Counted from the first letter of the stretch, positions 39,737 through 52,007 are shown. The stretch: 64,000 bases of DNA from Methylomicrobium sp. (GCA_018333785.1 JAGXSU010000108.1:15301-79300); one strand, 5' to 3'. Translations and numbers: made by a program. Notes: generated by a model not told the origin, from the sequence alone.

Positions 39737-40368
39737 ACAAGATAAAACGTCAGGCCATTTTCGACAGGTTAGCTGAAGCAATACCCGAACCGACGACAGA
39801 ACTGGTCTATGCGACACCTTTTGAACTGTTGATCGCGGTAGTCTTATCGGCGCAGGCAACCGATAAAAGCGTCAACAAGGCCACATTAAAGTTATTTGCT
39901 GTCGCGAATTCACCTGAAACTATTCTGGCTTTAGGTGAGGAGGGGCTCAAAGATTTTATTAAAACCATTGGTTTGTTCAACAGTAAAGCCCGCAATATCA
40001 TCCAGTTATGTCAGCAGATAATTGATCGGCATAATGGCTCCGTGCCGGAAACGCGTGCCGAATTAGAGGCCTTGCCGGGTGTGGGTAGAAAAACGGCCAA
40101 TGTTGTTCTCAATACCGCTTTTGGTCATAAAACTATCGCCGTAGATACGCATATTTTTCGCGTTTCCAATCGAACGAAAATTGCGCCGGGTAAAACGGTG
40201 CTTGAGGTTGAAAAAGGGCTTGAAAAATGGGTTTCAGATAAGCATAAAAAAGATGCGCATCATCTGTTAATTCTCCATGGGCGCTATACCTGCGTCGCTC
40301 GTAAGCCAAGGTGCCAGAGCTGCGTCATTGCAGATCTGTGTGAATTTGAGGAAAAAACGCCTGATTAA
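39733..40368 (+). CDS. nth: Endonuclease III
   Basis: MNKIKRQAIFDRL...FELLIAVVLSAQATD, HhH LPGVGRKTANVVL, and the 4Fe-4S loop CVARKPRCQSCVIADLC. The TTG start overlaps the rnfE stop, matching the E. coli rsx-nth arrangement. Confidence 0.95.
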   Translation: MNKIKRQAIFDRLAEAIPEPTTELVYATPFELLIAVVLSAQATDKSVNKATLKLFAVANSPETILALGEEGLKDFIKTIGLFNSKARNIIQLCQQIIDRHNGSVPETRAELEALPGVGRKTANVVLNTAFGHKTIAVDTHIFRVSNRTKIAPGKTVLEVEKGLEKWVSDKHKKDAHHLLILHGRYTCVARKPRCQSCVIADLCEFEEKTPD

Positions 40369-40542
40369 TGGTATTGTTACGCGCGAATCTGATGGCTTTT
40401 CAGGAACTCTTAATAGCCAGCAGGGTCACACACATGGATTATCGAAACAGCCGCATGTTCATTGCCGGTTCATGAGGCCACACTAATATCTGATTCAGAG
40501 CCGATTGGCTTATCTACAACAAAACACACTGGGATATACACT

Positions 40543-40932
40543 ATGAAAAAAAATACTAAATCACCTTTAGCTGCTGCGTTAGGTTCCGCTGTAATTTCTA
40601 GTCTGGCTATGACAGCTGTTCATGCAGAAGCCAATCCATTTGGTGCACAAGAACTTTCTTCAGGTTATATGCAAGTTGCAGAAATGGCATGCGGCGAAGG
40701 GATGAAAATGGAAAAACCAAAAACACCCGAAGGCGCTTGTGCCGGTAAGAAAACCGAAAAAGCAGCTGAAACAAAAGCCAAAGAAGCGGCATGCGGCGAA
40801 GGCAAATGTGGCGCGATGATGGATGGCGATAAAATGAAAAAAGGGATGGAAGGAACCTGCGGTGATATGATGAAAGGCAAGGAAGGCAGCTGCGGCGACA
40901 CAGTCAATAAAGATAAAGCGGCTGGACAATAA
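40543..40932 (+). CDS. hvfA: Secreted Cys-repeat precursor, HvfA/'EGKCG'-type RiPP metallophore-like
   Basis: Signal peptide MKKNTKSPLAAALGSAVISSLAMTAVHA. The mature part is Lys/Glu/Gly/Met-rich with six Cys in repeated contexts: ACGEG, EGACAG, ACGEGKCG, EGTCGD, EGSCGD. It sits directly upstream of the DUF692 and DUF2063 genes. Confidence 0.7.
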   Translation: MKKNTKSPLAAALGSAVISSLAMTAVHAEANPFGAQELSSGYMQVAEMACGEGMKMEKPKTPEGACAGKKTEKAAETKAKEAACGEGKCGAMMDGDKMKKGMEGTCGDMMKGKEGSCGDTVNKDKAAGQ

Positions 40933-40956
40933 TTAGCTATCCAGTGCTTTAACGTT

Positions 40957-40980
40957 AAGGAGAGTTGCCAAGCTCTCCTT
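40957..40980 (+). other. Intercistronic stem-loop between the precursor and maturase genes
   Basis: aaggagag-ttgccaag-ctctcctt forms an 8-bp stem. No strong T-run follows. Confidence 0.4.
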
Positions 40981-41008
40981 TCAGATTACTTTCCAAGATT
41001 TAGTGCTT

Positions 41009-41860
41009 ATGATCACCAGACAATTTCCAGTATGGGGTGCCGGTCTAGGTCTGAGAAGAGCATTTCTGGCTGAAATAGCAGAAAGTCCTCCCTCCGAAGT
41101 TGGCTTTTATGAAGTCGCGCCGGAAAACTGGATCACTCTGGGCGGCAAATTAGCCAAACAATTCCGGTCCATGACCGAACGGTTTAAATTTGTTTGTCAT
41201 GGGCTCTCACTCTCACTGGGCAGCACCGATGCCCTGGATGAAGTTTTTGTTCGTGATCTGAAGCAGTTTATGGTCGAACACGGCATCAATTTCTATAGCG
41301 AGCATTTAAGCTATTGCAGCCAAGGTGGCCACTTATACGACTTGATGCCTATTCCGTTTACCGATGAAGCGGTCCACCATGTCGCCTCGCGTATTAAACG
41401 GGTACAGGACATTCTTGAACAGAAAATAGCCGTAGAAAATGTTTCTTATTATGCCGCTCCCGGACAGGAGATGGATGAAATCGATTTCTTTAACAGGGTC
41501 GTTGAAGAAGCCGATTGTGACATTTTGCTGGATTTGAATAATATCTTTGTCAACAGTGTTAATCACGGCTACGATGCTGAAAGTTTTCTGAGAGCCATCC
41601 CTTCGGACCGAATTGCCTATGCGCACATTGCCGGTCATTATGTTGAGGCTCATGACTTTTTGGTGGATACCCATGGTGCGGCCGTAATTGATCCGGTCTG
41701 GCAGTTGTTGGGTAAAGCCTATGAATTGTTTGGCGTGTTTCCCACCTTGCTAGAGCGCGATTTTAATATCCCGCCGATGCCGGAATTATTGAATGAAGTG
41801 GCAACCATCAGGGCAATTCAAACCGCGTGGGCGCAGCAGCATCAACGTCAGACAGCCTGA
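41009..41860 (+). CDS. hvfB: MNIO (multinuclear non-haem iron oxidative enzyme, DUF692/MbnB-like) RiPP maturase
   Basis: GAGLGLRR..., YEVAPENW, HGLSLSLGS, YSEHLSY, NVSYY and TLLERD are typical DUF692 TIM-barrel motifs. The start is ATG 41009 or GTG 41003. Confidence 0.85.
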   Translation: MITRQFPVWGAGLGLRRAFLAEIAESPPSEVGFYEVAPENWITLGGKLAKQFRSMTERFKFVCHGLSLSLGSTDALDEVFVRDLKQFMVEHGINFYSEHLSYCSQGGHLYDLMPIPFTDEAVHHVASRIKRVQDILEQKIAVENVSYYAAPGQEMDEIDFFNRVVEEADCDILLDLNNIFVNSVNHGYDAESFLRAIPSDRIAYAHIAGHYVEAHDFLVDTHGAAVIDPVWQLLGKAYELFGVFPTLLERDFNIPPMPELLNEVATIRAIQTAWAQQHQRQTA

Positions 41861-41861
41861 A

Positions 41862-42602
41862 ATGAGTGTGGATCTTAAAGCCAGACAAAAACAATTCGCT
41901 GATTATATCCGGGATCCTGATAACCATCTTCCGCCGGGTGATGTCAAGATTGAGCGTATGCTCATGTACAGGGAGCTTTTTTTCAATAATATAGAAGGAT
42001 TTCTAGCGAGTAACTTTCCGGTTTTAAAGTCATTACTCAGCGAGTCTGATTGGCTGTCATTAGTGCAGGATTTTTTTGCTAGTCACGGATGCGCCACACC
42101 TCATTTTTCGGAAATCCCCGAAGAGTTTCTTGCTTATCTTCAAAACGAAAGAAAAAATCCTGCCGATTTGCCGTTCATGTTGGAATTGGCCCATTATGAA
42201 TGGGTTGAAATGGCATTGACCATTGCAAAAGAGACTTGTCCGGTTTCCGTGCTGCACCAAGACGACCTGTTAAATTCGCAAGTGTCTTTATCGTGTTTAG
42301 CCTGGCCTTTGGTTTATTTGTATCCTGTTCATCAGATCTCTCCTTCGAACACCCCTGAGTTAATGCCTGCCGATCCCACTTTTTTAGTGGTTTATCGCAA
42401 TAGTGAATTCGAAGTCGGTTTTATCCAAATCACGCCGCTGACCTATCGTTTACTGGAATACATTCAGGAAGAAAAAGGTGGCCTGTTGAAGGATCAGTTA
42501 TCGGTCTTGGCGAAAGAAGCTGCGGCAACGGATGAAGATGCGTTCTTGACTCATGGGGCGGCTGTCTGCCTTGAGTTATTTCAAAAAGGTATTATTTACT
42601 GA
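41862..42602 (+). CDS. hvfC: DUF2063-family RiPP maturation partner (HvfC/BufC/MbnC-like)
   Basis: The ATG lies 2 nt after the hvfB stop. The N-terminus MSVDLKARQKQFADYIRDP...YRELFFNNIEGFLASNFP is typical of DUF2063. Confidence 0.8.
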   Translation: MSVDLKARQKQFADYIRDPDNHLPPGDVKIERMLMYRELFFNNIEGFLASNFPVLKSLLSESDWLSLVQDFFASHGCATPHFSEIPEEFLAYLQNERKNPADLPFMLELAHYEWVEMALTIAKETCPVSVLHQDDLLNSQVSLSCLAWPLVYLYPVHQISPSNTPELMPADPTFLVVYRNSEFEVGFIQITPLTYRLLEYIQEEKGGLLKDQLSVLAKEAAATDEDAFLTHGAAVCLELFQKGIIY

Positions 42603-42697
42603 TCAGCCCTTATTGATTGGCTTGGGCTTAATCAATTATAAAGACTCTGATGCCTTAATATCTATGGCCCGGCATCAGAGTCATCAAGCCGATTAAA

Positions 42698-43156
42698 TTA
42701 ATGTTTACCGAATATCATCGGCGATTTCGGTTGTACTTTTTCCTGTAAACAATGATAAGCCGCGCTTTCGAATTTGATTCTCAGAGATTGAGTGTTTTTA
42801 TGTTCAACCAAAAATAATTCGGACTCCTTCGCAGTCAGATCTTTCATCAGATACGTGGCGATACAGAGACACGGTTTGGTAAATCGTTCCCTATCAATGT
42901 CTTTGTTTTTAGAATTTTTGATTTCGCGCTCTACGCACTGATCAGCGAAATCATGCTCGAATTTATGTTTTTCCAGGTCGCTGACTTCCGATCCGTGCGC
43001 ATGATCAAAAGAATGTTGAGTGTGACCTTGTACTTGTGGTGCGGGCTTGGACGGTGCGGTTTTTTTGTCTTCCGAACAGCCGGTAACAAAAGCGGCAAGG
43101 GTAACCAAAAGCAGGGAGAAGAAACTGACTTTTTTTATAAGAGTAATTGTTTTCAT
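42698..43156 (-). CDS. His/Cys-containing lipoprotein (hypothetical)
   Basis: I chose the start at MKTITLIKKVSFFSLLLVTLAAFVTGC (lipobox). The mature part has the His-rich stretch QGHTQHSFDHAHGSEVSDLEKHKFEHDF and 4 Cys. Confidence 0.55.
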   Translation of the reverse strand: MKTITLIKKVSFFSLLLVTLAAFVTGCSEDKKTAPSKPAPQVQGHTQHSFDHAHGSEVSDLEKHKFEHDFADQCVEREIKNSKNKDIDRERFTKPCLCIATYLMKDLTAKESELFLVEHKNTQSLRIKFESAAYHCLQEKVQPKSPMIFGKH

Positions 43157-43322
43157 AAGGATGCCAAAAACATTCAGGTGCGTTGTAGAAATAACAGCGG
43201 ACTTTATCATTTTATAAGACCTCATTCTACAAAGAGTTGAGGATGATTAAAATGCAACGGCAGGCCGTCTGCGCTTTATTTTCCTCAGCAATTCCCCGTT
43301 TGAACTTTTAATGTGGCTTTGA

Positions 43323-43556
43323 GGATAGGCGTAAGCCTTGCGAGGAAAGCCGAAGACCCATCCGCAATGCCGTTAACTTAAGGCCTCGCAATGAATCGAT
43401 TCGCAGTAGCTAGGAGCGGGCCATGCCCGCGACCGAATGTGGTTCAATCGTGGGCATGGCCCGCTCCTACAAAATACGCTTAACTTAACGGCATTGGACC
43501 CATCCGTGGGGGCTTGACGGCAACATCCCTGAAGCTTACGCCTACCCTTTTTTATC
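43323..43556. repeat. Composite nested palindromic REP/BIME-like element
   Basis: The outer inverted repeat is taggcgtaagc at both ends. The centre is ctaggagcgggccatgcccgcga...tcgtgggcatggcccgctcctac, a pair of inverted GTAGGAGCGGGC-type REPs. ttaacggcattg is also inverted. Confidence 0.7.
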
Positions 43557-43646
43557 ATCAAACTGGGAATAGCTGGCTTTTTCTGGTTGGCTTGCGTTTG
43601 CCAGTGATTTTAATTTACCCTTTCTCTATTTAACTTTAATTTAACT

Positions 43647-44927
43647 ATGACAGATTCAAAAGACCTTTTTGCAGCTGCTAAACAAGTCATTCCCGGCGGT
43701 GTTAATTCTCCAGTGCGTTCATTCAGTGGTGTGGGCGGCGAGCCTGTTTTTATCGATCATGCGAAAGGGCCTTTCATTTTTGATGCAGCAGGTAAGCAAT
43801 ATATCGATTATGTCGGCTCTTGGGGGCCTATGATTTTAGGGCACGCTCATCCCGAAGTGATAGCGGCCGTTAAGCAGGCGGCTGAAAAAGGTCTGAGTTT
43901 TGGTGCGCCTACGGAAATTGAAACAACCATGGCAGCCAGAGTCTGTGAGCTATTGCCTTCCATTGACATGGTCAGAATGGTGAGCTCAGGAACCGAGGCG
44001 ACGATGAGTGCGATTCGTTTGGCCAGAGGTTATACCCAGCGTAACAAGATTGTGAAATTTGAAGGTTGTTATCATGGCCACTCCGATTCGCTGCTGGTGA
44101 AAGCAGGATCCGGCGCGTTGACTTTTGGGGTGCCAAGTTCGCCAGGGGTTCCTGCTTCAGTGGCTGAAGATACCATTACGCTCAGTTATAACGATGCCCA
44201 ATCAGTGCGGGATACGTTTGCAAAAATAGGTGATCAAATAGCCTGTATCATTGTCGAGCCGGTTGCCGGAAATATGAATTGCATTCCGCCGCAGCCGGGC
44301 TTTCTTGAGACGCTTAGGGACATGTGCAATCAATCGGGAGCTGTATTGATTTTCGATGAAGTGATGACCGGTTTCAGAGTCAGTTTGCAGGGTGCTCAAG
44401 GCTATTACCGTGTTACCCCGGATTTAACGACGCTGGGTAAAGTCATAGGTGGGGGAATGCCCGTCGGTGCGTTCGGTGGAAAACGGGAAATCATGGCCTG
44501 TCTTGCGCCTTCCGGGCCTGTTTATCAAGCCGGAACATTGTCCGGAAACCCGGTGGCTATGGCCGCTGGATTAAAAACGCTGGAGTTGATCTCGGTTCCG
44601 GGCTTTTTTGAAGCATTAACACAAAAAACAGAAAAGCTTACCCAGGGAATGAAGGCGCGAGCAGCAAGTGCGGGGATAGCGTTGACGACGAATAGCGTCG
44701 GAGGCATGTTCGGATTGTTCTTTACCAGTCAACCGGAGGTGTCAACTTTTGCGCAAGTGATGCAGTGCGACCAGGGACTTTTTAAAAAGTTTTTTCATGC
44801 AATGCTGGATCAAGGCGTATATCTGGCGCCTTCAGCTTTCGAAGCGGGCTTTGTCTCAGCGGCTCACACGGATGACGTGATAAACAGGACGCTGGATATT
44901 GCCGAAGAAGTTATGCGCAAGCTATAA
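43647..44927 (+). CDS. hemL: Glutamate-1-semialdehyde 2,1-aminomutase
   Basis: [22 protein letters not shown] and the PLP-Lys region [20 protein letters not shown]. Confidence 0.95.
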   Translation: MTDSKDLFAAAKQVIPGGVNSPVRSFSGVGGEPVFIDHAKGPFIFDAAGKQYIDYVGSWGPMILGHAHPEVIAAVKQAAEKGLSFGAPTEIETTMAARVCELLPSIDMVRMVSSGTEATMSAIRLARGYTQRNKIVKFEGCYHGHSDSLLVKAGSGALTFGVPSSPGVPASVAEDTITLSYNDAQSVRDTFAKIGDQIACIIVEPVAGNMNCIPPQPGFLETLRDMCNQSGAVLIFDEVMTGFRVSLQGAQGYYRVTPDLTTLGKVIGGGMPVGAFGGKREIMACLAPSGPVYQAGTLSGNPVAMAAGLKTLELISVPGFFEALTQKTEKLTQGMKARAASAGIALTTNSVGGMFGLFFTSQPEVSTFAQVMQCDQGLFKKFFHAMLDQGVYLAPSAFEAGFVSAAHTDDVINRTLDIAEEVMRKL

Positions 44928-45214
44928 GGAAATTAGCTTCAGGACTTTTACCAAAAGGTCAAAGTGCTTTATATGCTCAAATGAGTAGTGGATCATTCCT
45001 GTTTATTAAAGACAACAGGTTCGAACCACTACTTACTTCTCACAAATGCTCAGACATTTTTATCGCTAAGGCGTTGTAGTCCAAGTTGCGCGCTTACTTG
45101 GTTTTAAAGTAAACGCGCGCCATTCGCACAATAAAAAACATTTGCCGTGTGTGTCTGGCGCATTTTGTAATGTTTTTGCTCCAATGGCTATGGCTGAGCA
45201 TTTTATTCTCAAGG

Positions 45215-45790
45215 CTAGACTTGACCTGCCGCTGTCGCTTCAGGTACTTCGATTAATTTGCCGCTTTTAACGTCATAGACATATCCGTAAATGGGTATGT
45301 CTTTGGGAACCAGCGGGCTGTTTTTTATTCTCAAGACATCTTCGGTAACGCTTTGCGCCTGTTCTTTGATGGTTAACCAGTTGATGTATTTACCATCGGT
45401 GCAACCAGGGCCCTCGCAGCAGTCATGCCAGCCATTTTCATCAATGGATGCGGTTTTTAAGCTGCTGGACAAAAGGTCGCCCATGATGTCGTTGGTAAAA
45501 AGTTCCATGCCGCAATCGGTGTGATGGATAACAAACCATTCGCGTGTTCCCAGCAGTTTGTAAGAAATGACCAGCGAACGGATTGCGTCATCACTGGCAC
45601 GTCCACCAGCGTTTCGAATAACGTGGGCATCGCCTTCGGTAAGTCCTGCGTATTTGGCAGGATCAAGTCTCGCATCCATACAGGTCAGAATTGCAAATCG
45701 GCGTCCTGGGGGTAATGGTAAATCGCCTTTGTCAAAATTATTGGCATAGTTTCTGTTAGCAAGTAAAACTTCATTGAGTACGCTAGTCAT
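45215..45790 (-). CDS. Beta-class carbonic anhydrase
   Basis: CMDARLDP (Cys-x-Asp-x-Arg) and HHTDCGM zinc-ligand motifs. 191 aa. Confidence 0.85.
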   Translation of the reverse strand: MTSVLNEVLLANRNYANNFDKGDLPLPPGRRFAILTCMDARLDPAKYAGLTEGDAHVIRNAGGRASDDAIRSLVISYKLLGTREWFVIHHTDCGMELFTNDIMGDLLSSSLKTASIDENGWHDCCEGPGCTDGKYINWLTIKEQAQSVTEDVLRIKNSPLVPKDIPIYGYVYDVKSGKLIEVPEATAAGQV

Positions 45791-46301
45791 TTAAATCTCC
45801 TCTTTTTTATTATTTTTAGTATATTCATCAGCAAATTGGTTATTGCCATCAATATTTTATTGTCAATCAGCTCGTTAGATTGAATGGGATAAAGCATTCA
45901 ATAACTGCCTTAAAATTTGCCGCCATCTTAAGACGAGCCGAAAATAAGCTATTTCATTTCGTTTATCAAGCGCACGGCATAATAACATCTGCAATAGAAC
46001 AAGTGGATTGCAGAGTAATAATTATGCTCGGCGTTTATATCACTCAGTGAGGACGTTTTAATCCCATCGGGACTTCAGTAGAATTCAACTTCACCCGCGA
46101 GCTCTACAAAAAGCGTGATGGATGCGAATGACTCTCTAAATGCCTTGTTGTCACGGGTTATCCTGGACGCTCTTATCCAGCATTTTATATGCCATGATTC
46201 TTTAATAAAATAGCTATAAAAAACATAAGCTTGGTTTTTTATGTTGCTAGTTGTGTGAAACTTTGTTTCAATTATTGAAATTCTTTTTCAAAAAATAGTT
46301 T

Positions 46302-47849
46302 ATGAACGATTTTCCCTTTTCGGATTTGACGCCGGTTTTTTTTCTGCAGCGCTTTGTGCTCGAATTTATGCATGCCAGCGAGCAGCAAGGTAAAGGCCAC
46401 AGTGAAGAGCTCATTGAATACATTGCGAGGACAGCGGGACAATTTTTTGAAGAGACCTACAGAAGTGAGCATGGGCTGACTGAGCTTTTGGATGAAGATC
46501 AATATGCCCGGCTGATTATCGGTTTAAAAAATAAAATTGGCGGCGACTTTTCTTTGTTATCAAAAGAAAAGGATTGTGTTCGTGTTGTCAATAATTGTTG
46601 TCCATTTGGAGAGGGAGTTTCCAGTTCGCCTGAATTATGCAGGATGACATCAAGTGTTTTTGGCGGCATCGCGGCTCGAAATTTTGGTTATGCAAAAGTC
46701 GAGATTTCCAAAAGTATTGCGCGCAAGGATGAGGGGTGTGAGGTCTCGGTTTATTTAAATCCTGAAAAAGGGCTTCATCGTCCGGGGCTGGAATATAGCC
46801 GGCAGAAAAACACGGAGGAAAAAGGCGCGGCTGATGTGCTGCATTCTCAAATTGAAGAAAGCATGCAAAAAATTTGGCGGCTAAAGCACAAAAAACAGGC
46901 AAAAAAACAGCCGCCTGTTATTGTTGCAAAATCTTCAGTTATGCAGGATGTGCTCAGGGCTATTGAAAAAATAGCGCCGACAATGGCGGCTGTATTGATC
47001 AATGGTGAAACAGGGGTGGGTAAGGAACTTGTCGCGAAGGCCATTCATGCCATGAGTGACCGCAATGATCATGCCTTTATGGCGATAAATTGTGGCGCAA
47101 TTCCAGAAACATTGATTGAAAGTGCATTATTCGGCCATGAAAAGGGCGCGTTTACGGGTGCGATTGATATTCACCAGGGTTTTTTTGAGCGAGCCGATGG
47201 CGGCACTTTGTTTTTAGATGAGGTTGATACCTTGTCCCCGGCGGCTCAGGTTAGGTTGCTCAGAGTGATACAGGAAGGTGAACTGGAGCGTGTTGGTGGT
47301 AAGCGGACGCTCGAAATTGATGTCCGCATTATTTCAGCAACCAATCGTGATTTAAACAAGCTTGTTGAGGAAGGGGTGTTCCGTAAGGATTTGTACTATC
47401 GAATCAATGTCGTCAATTTACTGATTCCGCCATTATTCCAGAGACCGGAAGACTTTCCTTATTTGGTTCAATCCATACTTCAGCGTTTAAATAAAAAATA
47501 CAATAAACAAATTGAAACAGTTAGCCGGGAAGTCATGCAGCAAATAAGGAGCTACCGCTGGCCGGGTAATGTCAGGGAATTGGAGAATGTGCTGGAGCGG
47601 GCGGTTTTATTTACTGCAGATACAGAAATTACGGTGCTGGAGTTGCCCGATTCGGCGCCATTAGCTCAGGATTGGGGTGATATCAGGGAATCGGTTTTAT
47701 TTTCAGCGGAGCGTGCGTTCTTGCTGGGTTCCTTGCAGGGTTATCAGGGCGATGTCAAGAAAATTGCAGAAAGCATGGGACTAACCTCAAGAGCTGTTTA
47801 CGGCAAGTTAAAAAAACACCGACTGGATCCGCGTCAATATAGGCATTAG
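46302..47849 (+). CDS. Sigma-54-dependent transcriptional activator (bEBP) with a Cys-containing N-terminal sensor domain
   Basis: Walker A GETGVGKE, the GAFTGA loop, Walker B LFLDEVD, and a C-terminal Fis-type HTH. The N-terminal ~190 aa include NNCCPFGEG...[11 protein letters not shown]. Confidence 0.9.
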   Translation: MNDFPFSDLTPVFFLQRFVLEFMHASEQQGKGHSEELIEYIARTAGQFFEETYRSEHGLTELLDEDQYARLIIGLKNKIGGDFSLLSKEKDCVRVVNNCCPFGEGVSSSPELCRMTSSVFGGIAARNFGYAKVEISKSIARKDEGCEVSVYLNPEKGLHRPGLEYSRQKNTEEKGAADVLHSQIEESMQKIWRLKHKKQAKKQPPVIVAKSSVMQDVLRAIEKIAPTMAAVLINGETGVGKELVAKAIHAMSDRNDHAFMAINCGAIPETLIESALFGHEKGAFTGAIDIHQGFFERADGGTLFLDEVDTLSPAAQVRLLRVIQEGELERVGGKRTLEIDVRIISATNRDLNKLVEEGVFRKDLYYRINVVNLLIPPLFQRPEDFPYLVQSILQRLNKKYNKQIETVSREVMQQIRSYRWPGNVRELENVLERAVLFTADTEITVLELPDSAPLAQDWGDIRESVLFSAERAFLLGSLQGYQGDVKKIAESMGLTSRAVYGKLKKHRLDPRQYRH

Positions 47850-47861
47850 CCTGCACAGGCT

Positions 47862-48872
47862 TTAATAATTCCTTTGTACGGAGAACTTTGCAAGGGAAAT
47901 CAGCGCTTCTTTAAATGTCGATTCAGGCAGGACATGCAGCGCATCAATGGCTTTTTGAGCTTCCTGTTCTGCGCGCTGCTCGGTATAGGCTATGGCTTTT
48001 GTAGCCAAGACCACGGCGTAGACTTCATTAAATGCGTTCCGGTCGCCGTTTTTGACGGCATTGATAATGACTTGAGCATCTTGCGGGTTGCCGTGTTGAA
48101 TGGCGTAAATCAAAGGCAAAGTAGGTTTTCCTTCGGCGAGATCATCTCCAAGGTTTTTGCCTAATTCTTCTTTTGTTGCTTTGTAATCAAGGGCGTCATC
48201 AATCAGTTGAAAAGCGATACCCAGGTGCTGTCCGTACAAGGCAAGATTGTCTTCGGTAGTTTGATCGGATCCGGACAGAACAGCACTCAGGCGCGTTGCC
48301 GCACTAAACAATATAGCGGTTTTGCGAGCGATGACTTCCAGGTATTTTTCTTCTGTGGTTTCAGGGTTGTTGCAGTTGAGCAGTTGCAGTACTTCACCCT
48401 CGGCAATCGCAGTCGTCGTTTTGGACAGGATTTCCATGACGCGAATACTGTTGGTGCGAACCATCATCTCAAACGCACTTGAATACAGATAGTCCCCTAC
48501 AAGGACGCTCGCGGCATTTCCCCAGACTGCGTTTGCTGATTCCTGGCCGCGACGTAGGTCGGATTCGTCAACGACATCGTCATGCAGAAGTGTGGCGGTG
48601 TGGATAAATTCGATCACAGCTGCCAGTATCAAATGATTCTGTGAGACTTCACCCAGCGCTTTGGCTGCCAATAATAAAAGCATCGGGCGTAAGCGTTTGC
48701 CGCCGTTTCCCACGATGTAATGGCCCATCTGGTTGATCAGAATGACATCGGAGCTAAGCTCGTTGATGATAAGGGTGTCAACCGCTTTAGCTTCATCCGC
48801 CGTCAGGCGTTTTATTGAATTAAAATCTATGGGTGCTTCAGGGGTCGAACTTGGGATTGATTGTGATGCCAT
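47862..48872 (-). CDS. ispB: Octaprenyl-diphosphate synthase
   Basis: DDxxD motifs LLHDDVVDESD and IDDALDY. The length and flanking sequence are typical of IspB next to rplU. Confidence 0.9.
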   Translation of the reverse strand: MASQSIPSSTPEAPIDFNSIKRLTADEAKAVDTLIINELSSDVILINQMGHYIVGNGGKRLRPMLLLLAAKALGEVSQNHLILAAVIEFIHTATLLHDDVVDESDLRRGQESANAVWGNAASVLVGDYLYSSAFEMMVRTNSIRVMEILSKTTTAIAEGEVLQLLNCNNPETTEEKYLEVIARKTAILFSAATRLSAVLSGSDQTTEDNLALYGQHLGIAFQLIDDALDYKATKEELGKNLGDDLAEGKPTLPLIYAIQHGNPQDAQVIINAVKNGDRNAFNEVYAVVLATKAIAYTEQRAEQEAQKAIDALHVLPESTFKEALISLAKFSVQRNY

Positions 48873-49048
48873 TAGTCAATTAATTTCATAAATGAATAAT
48901 TTTTCAGCGTTTAAGCCATGAAAAAGTATTGCCAGCTTAGACGAGTCAAAAATAGTCAGACATGCTATTGAATAAAGTAGTCTGGTGTCAATAGCTGAGT
49001 TGTGTTATTTTAAGCGGTATAAGTGTGCCAGCAAGTAATTTTAATACA

Positions 49049-49077
49049 TTGACTGGTTTTGTTTTTAAAAATATAAT
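49049..49077 (+). promoter_or_regulatory. Sigma-70 promoter of rplU-rpmA
   Basis: TTGACT, a 17-nt spacer, then TATAAT (consensus -10). Confidence 0.6.
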
Positions 49078-49122
49078 CTGCGGTTAACTTTTAACAGATT
49101 ATGCTTGATGGAGCTGACGCCG

Positions 49123-49434
49123 ATGTATGCGGTAATTCAAACAGGTGGGAAACAGTACCGGGTTGAGGAAGGTACTACCTTAAAAATAGAAAAGCTCGAA
49201 CTGGGTGCGGGTGATAGCATTGAGTTTGACAAAGTATTGATGGTTCAATCTGACGACGCTGTAAAAGTGGGTCAGCCTTATCTTGAGGGCGGCAAAGTTA
49301 CGGCAACCGTTTTATCGCAAGGCCGGCACAAAAAAGTCAAGATAATCAAATTCAGAAGACGTAAGCACCACATGAAACAAATGGGGCATCGTCAGTATTA
49401 CACTGAAGTCCAGATCACTGGTATTTCGGCTTAA
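49123..49434 (+). CDS. rplU: 50S ribosomal protein L21
   Basis: [14 protein letters not shown]... I chose the start at the conserved Met; the ORF track extends it to 49105. Confidence 0.95.
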   Translation: MYAVIQTGGKQYRVEEGTTLKIEKLELGAGDSIEFDKVLMVQSDDAVKVGQPYLEGGKVTATVLSQGRHKKVKIIKFRRRKHHMKQMGHRQYYTEVQITGISA

Positions 49435-49452
49435 AAGATAGAGGATAGACTA

Positions 49453-49710
49453 ATGGCTCATAAGAAAGCGGGGGGCAGTACCCGGAACGGACGCGACTCA
49501 CAGGCAAAAAGACTGGGTGTAAAAATATTTGGTGGTCAGCAAGTGGCGGCGGGCAACATTATTGTGCGTCAGCGTGGTACCAAATTTCATCCTGGAGATA
49601 ATGTGGGTTGTGGTAAAGATCACACGTTATTTGCAACAGCCGAAGGCAAAGTTGTGTTTGCGGTCAAAGGCCCTAACAAACGTAAGTTTGTGAGCGTTGT
49701 TGCTGCCTAG
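49453..49710 (+). CDS. rpmA: 50S ribosomal protein L27
   Basis: [24 protein letters not shown]... Confidence 0.97.
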   Translation: MAHKKAGGSTRNGRDSQAKRLGVKIFGGQQVAAGNIIVRQRGTKFHPGDNVGCGKDHTLFATAEGKVVFAVKGPNKRKFVSVVAA

Positions 49711-49756
49711 TTAATACGATTACCTGCTTTTTGCGGGGTGTCGGAAATGATGAAAG

Positions 49757-49783
49757 GCCTCGCCCAACGGGTGGGGCTTTTTT
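49757..49783 (+). terminator. Intrinsic terminator/attenuator after rpmA
   Basis: gcctcgccc-aac-gggtggggc followed by tttttt. Confidence 0.6.
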
Positions 49784-49816
49784 GTTTATGACAGTTTGGA
49801 ATTTTTAGATGTGTAG

Positions 49817-51962
<2,146 letters not shown>

Positions 51963-52007
51963 TTGTTTGCGGCTTCTAAAATTGAAGCCAGCGGCTGAGA
52001 ATAAGCG

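Noticed and set aside
40660-40929. Two long antisense ORFs (89 and 80 aa) opposite the hvfA-like gene
   Set aside because: These are a product of the low-complexity GAA/AAG/GGC-rich coding sequence. The sense frame has a signal peptide and the Cys-repeat logic; the antisense frames have neither.
44985-45120. tRNA-like or att-like fragment (GGTTCGAACC, with a 7-bp gtagtgg/ccactac stem) and a GC hairpin gcgcgcttactt/aagtaaacgcgc in the hemL / carbonic anhydrase convergent spacer
   Set aside because: The putative T-arm lacks a complementary stem and there is no acceptor/anticodon architecture. The hairpins have no T-run. They are probably just spacer secondary structure or weak terminators.
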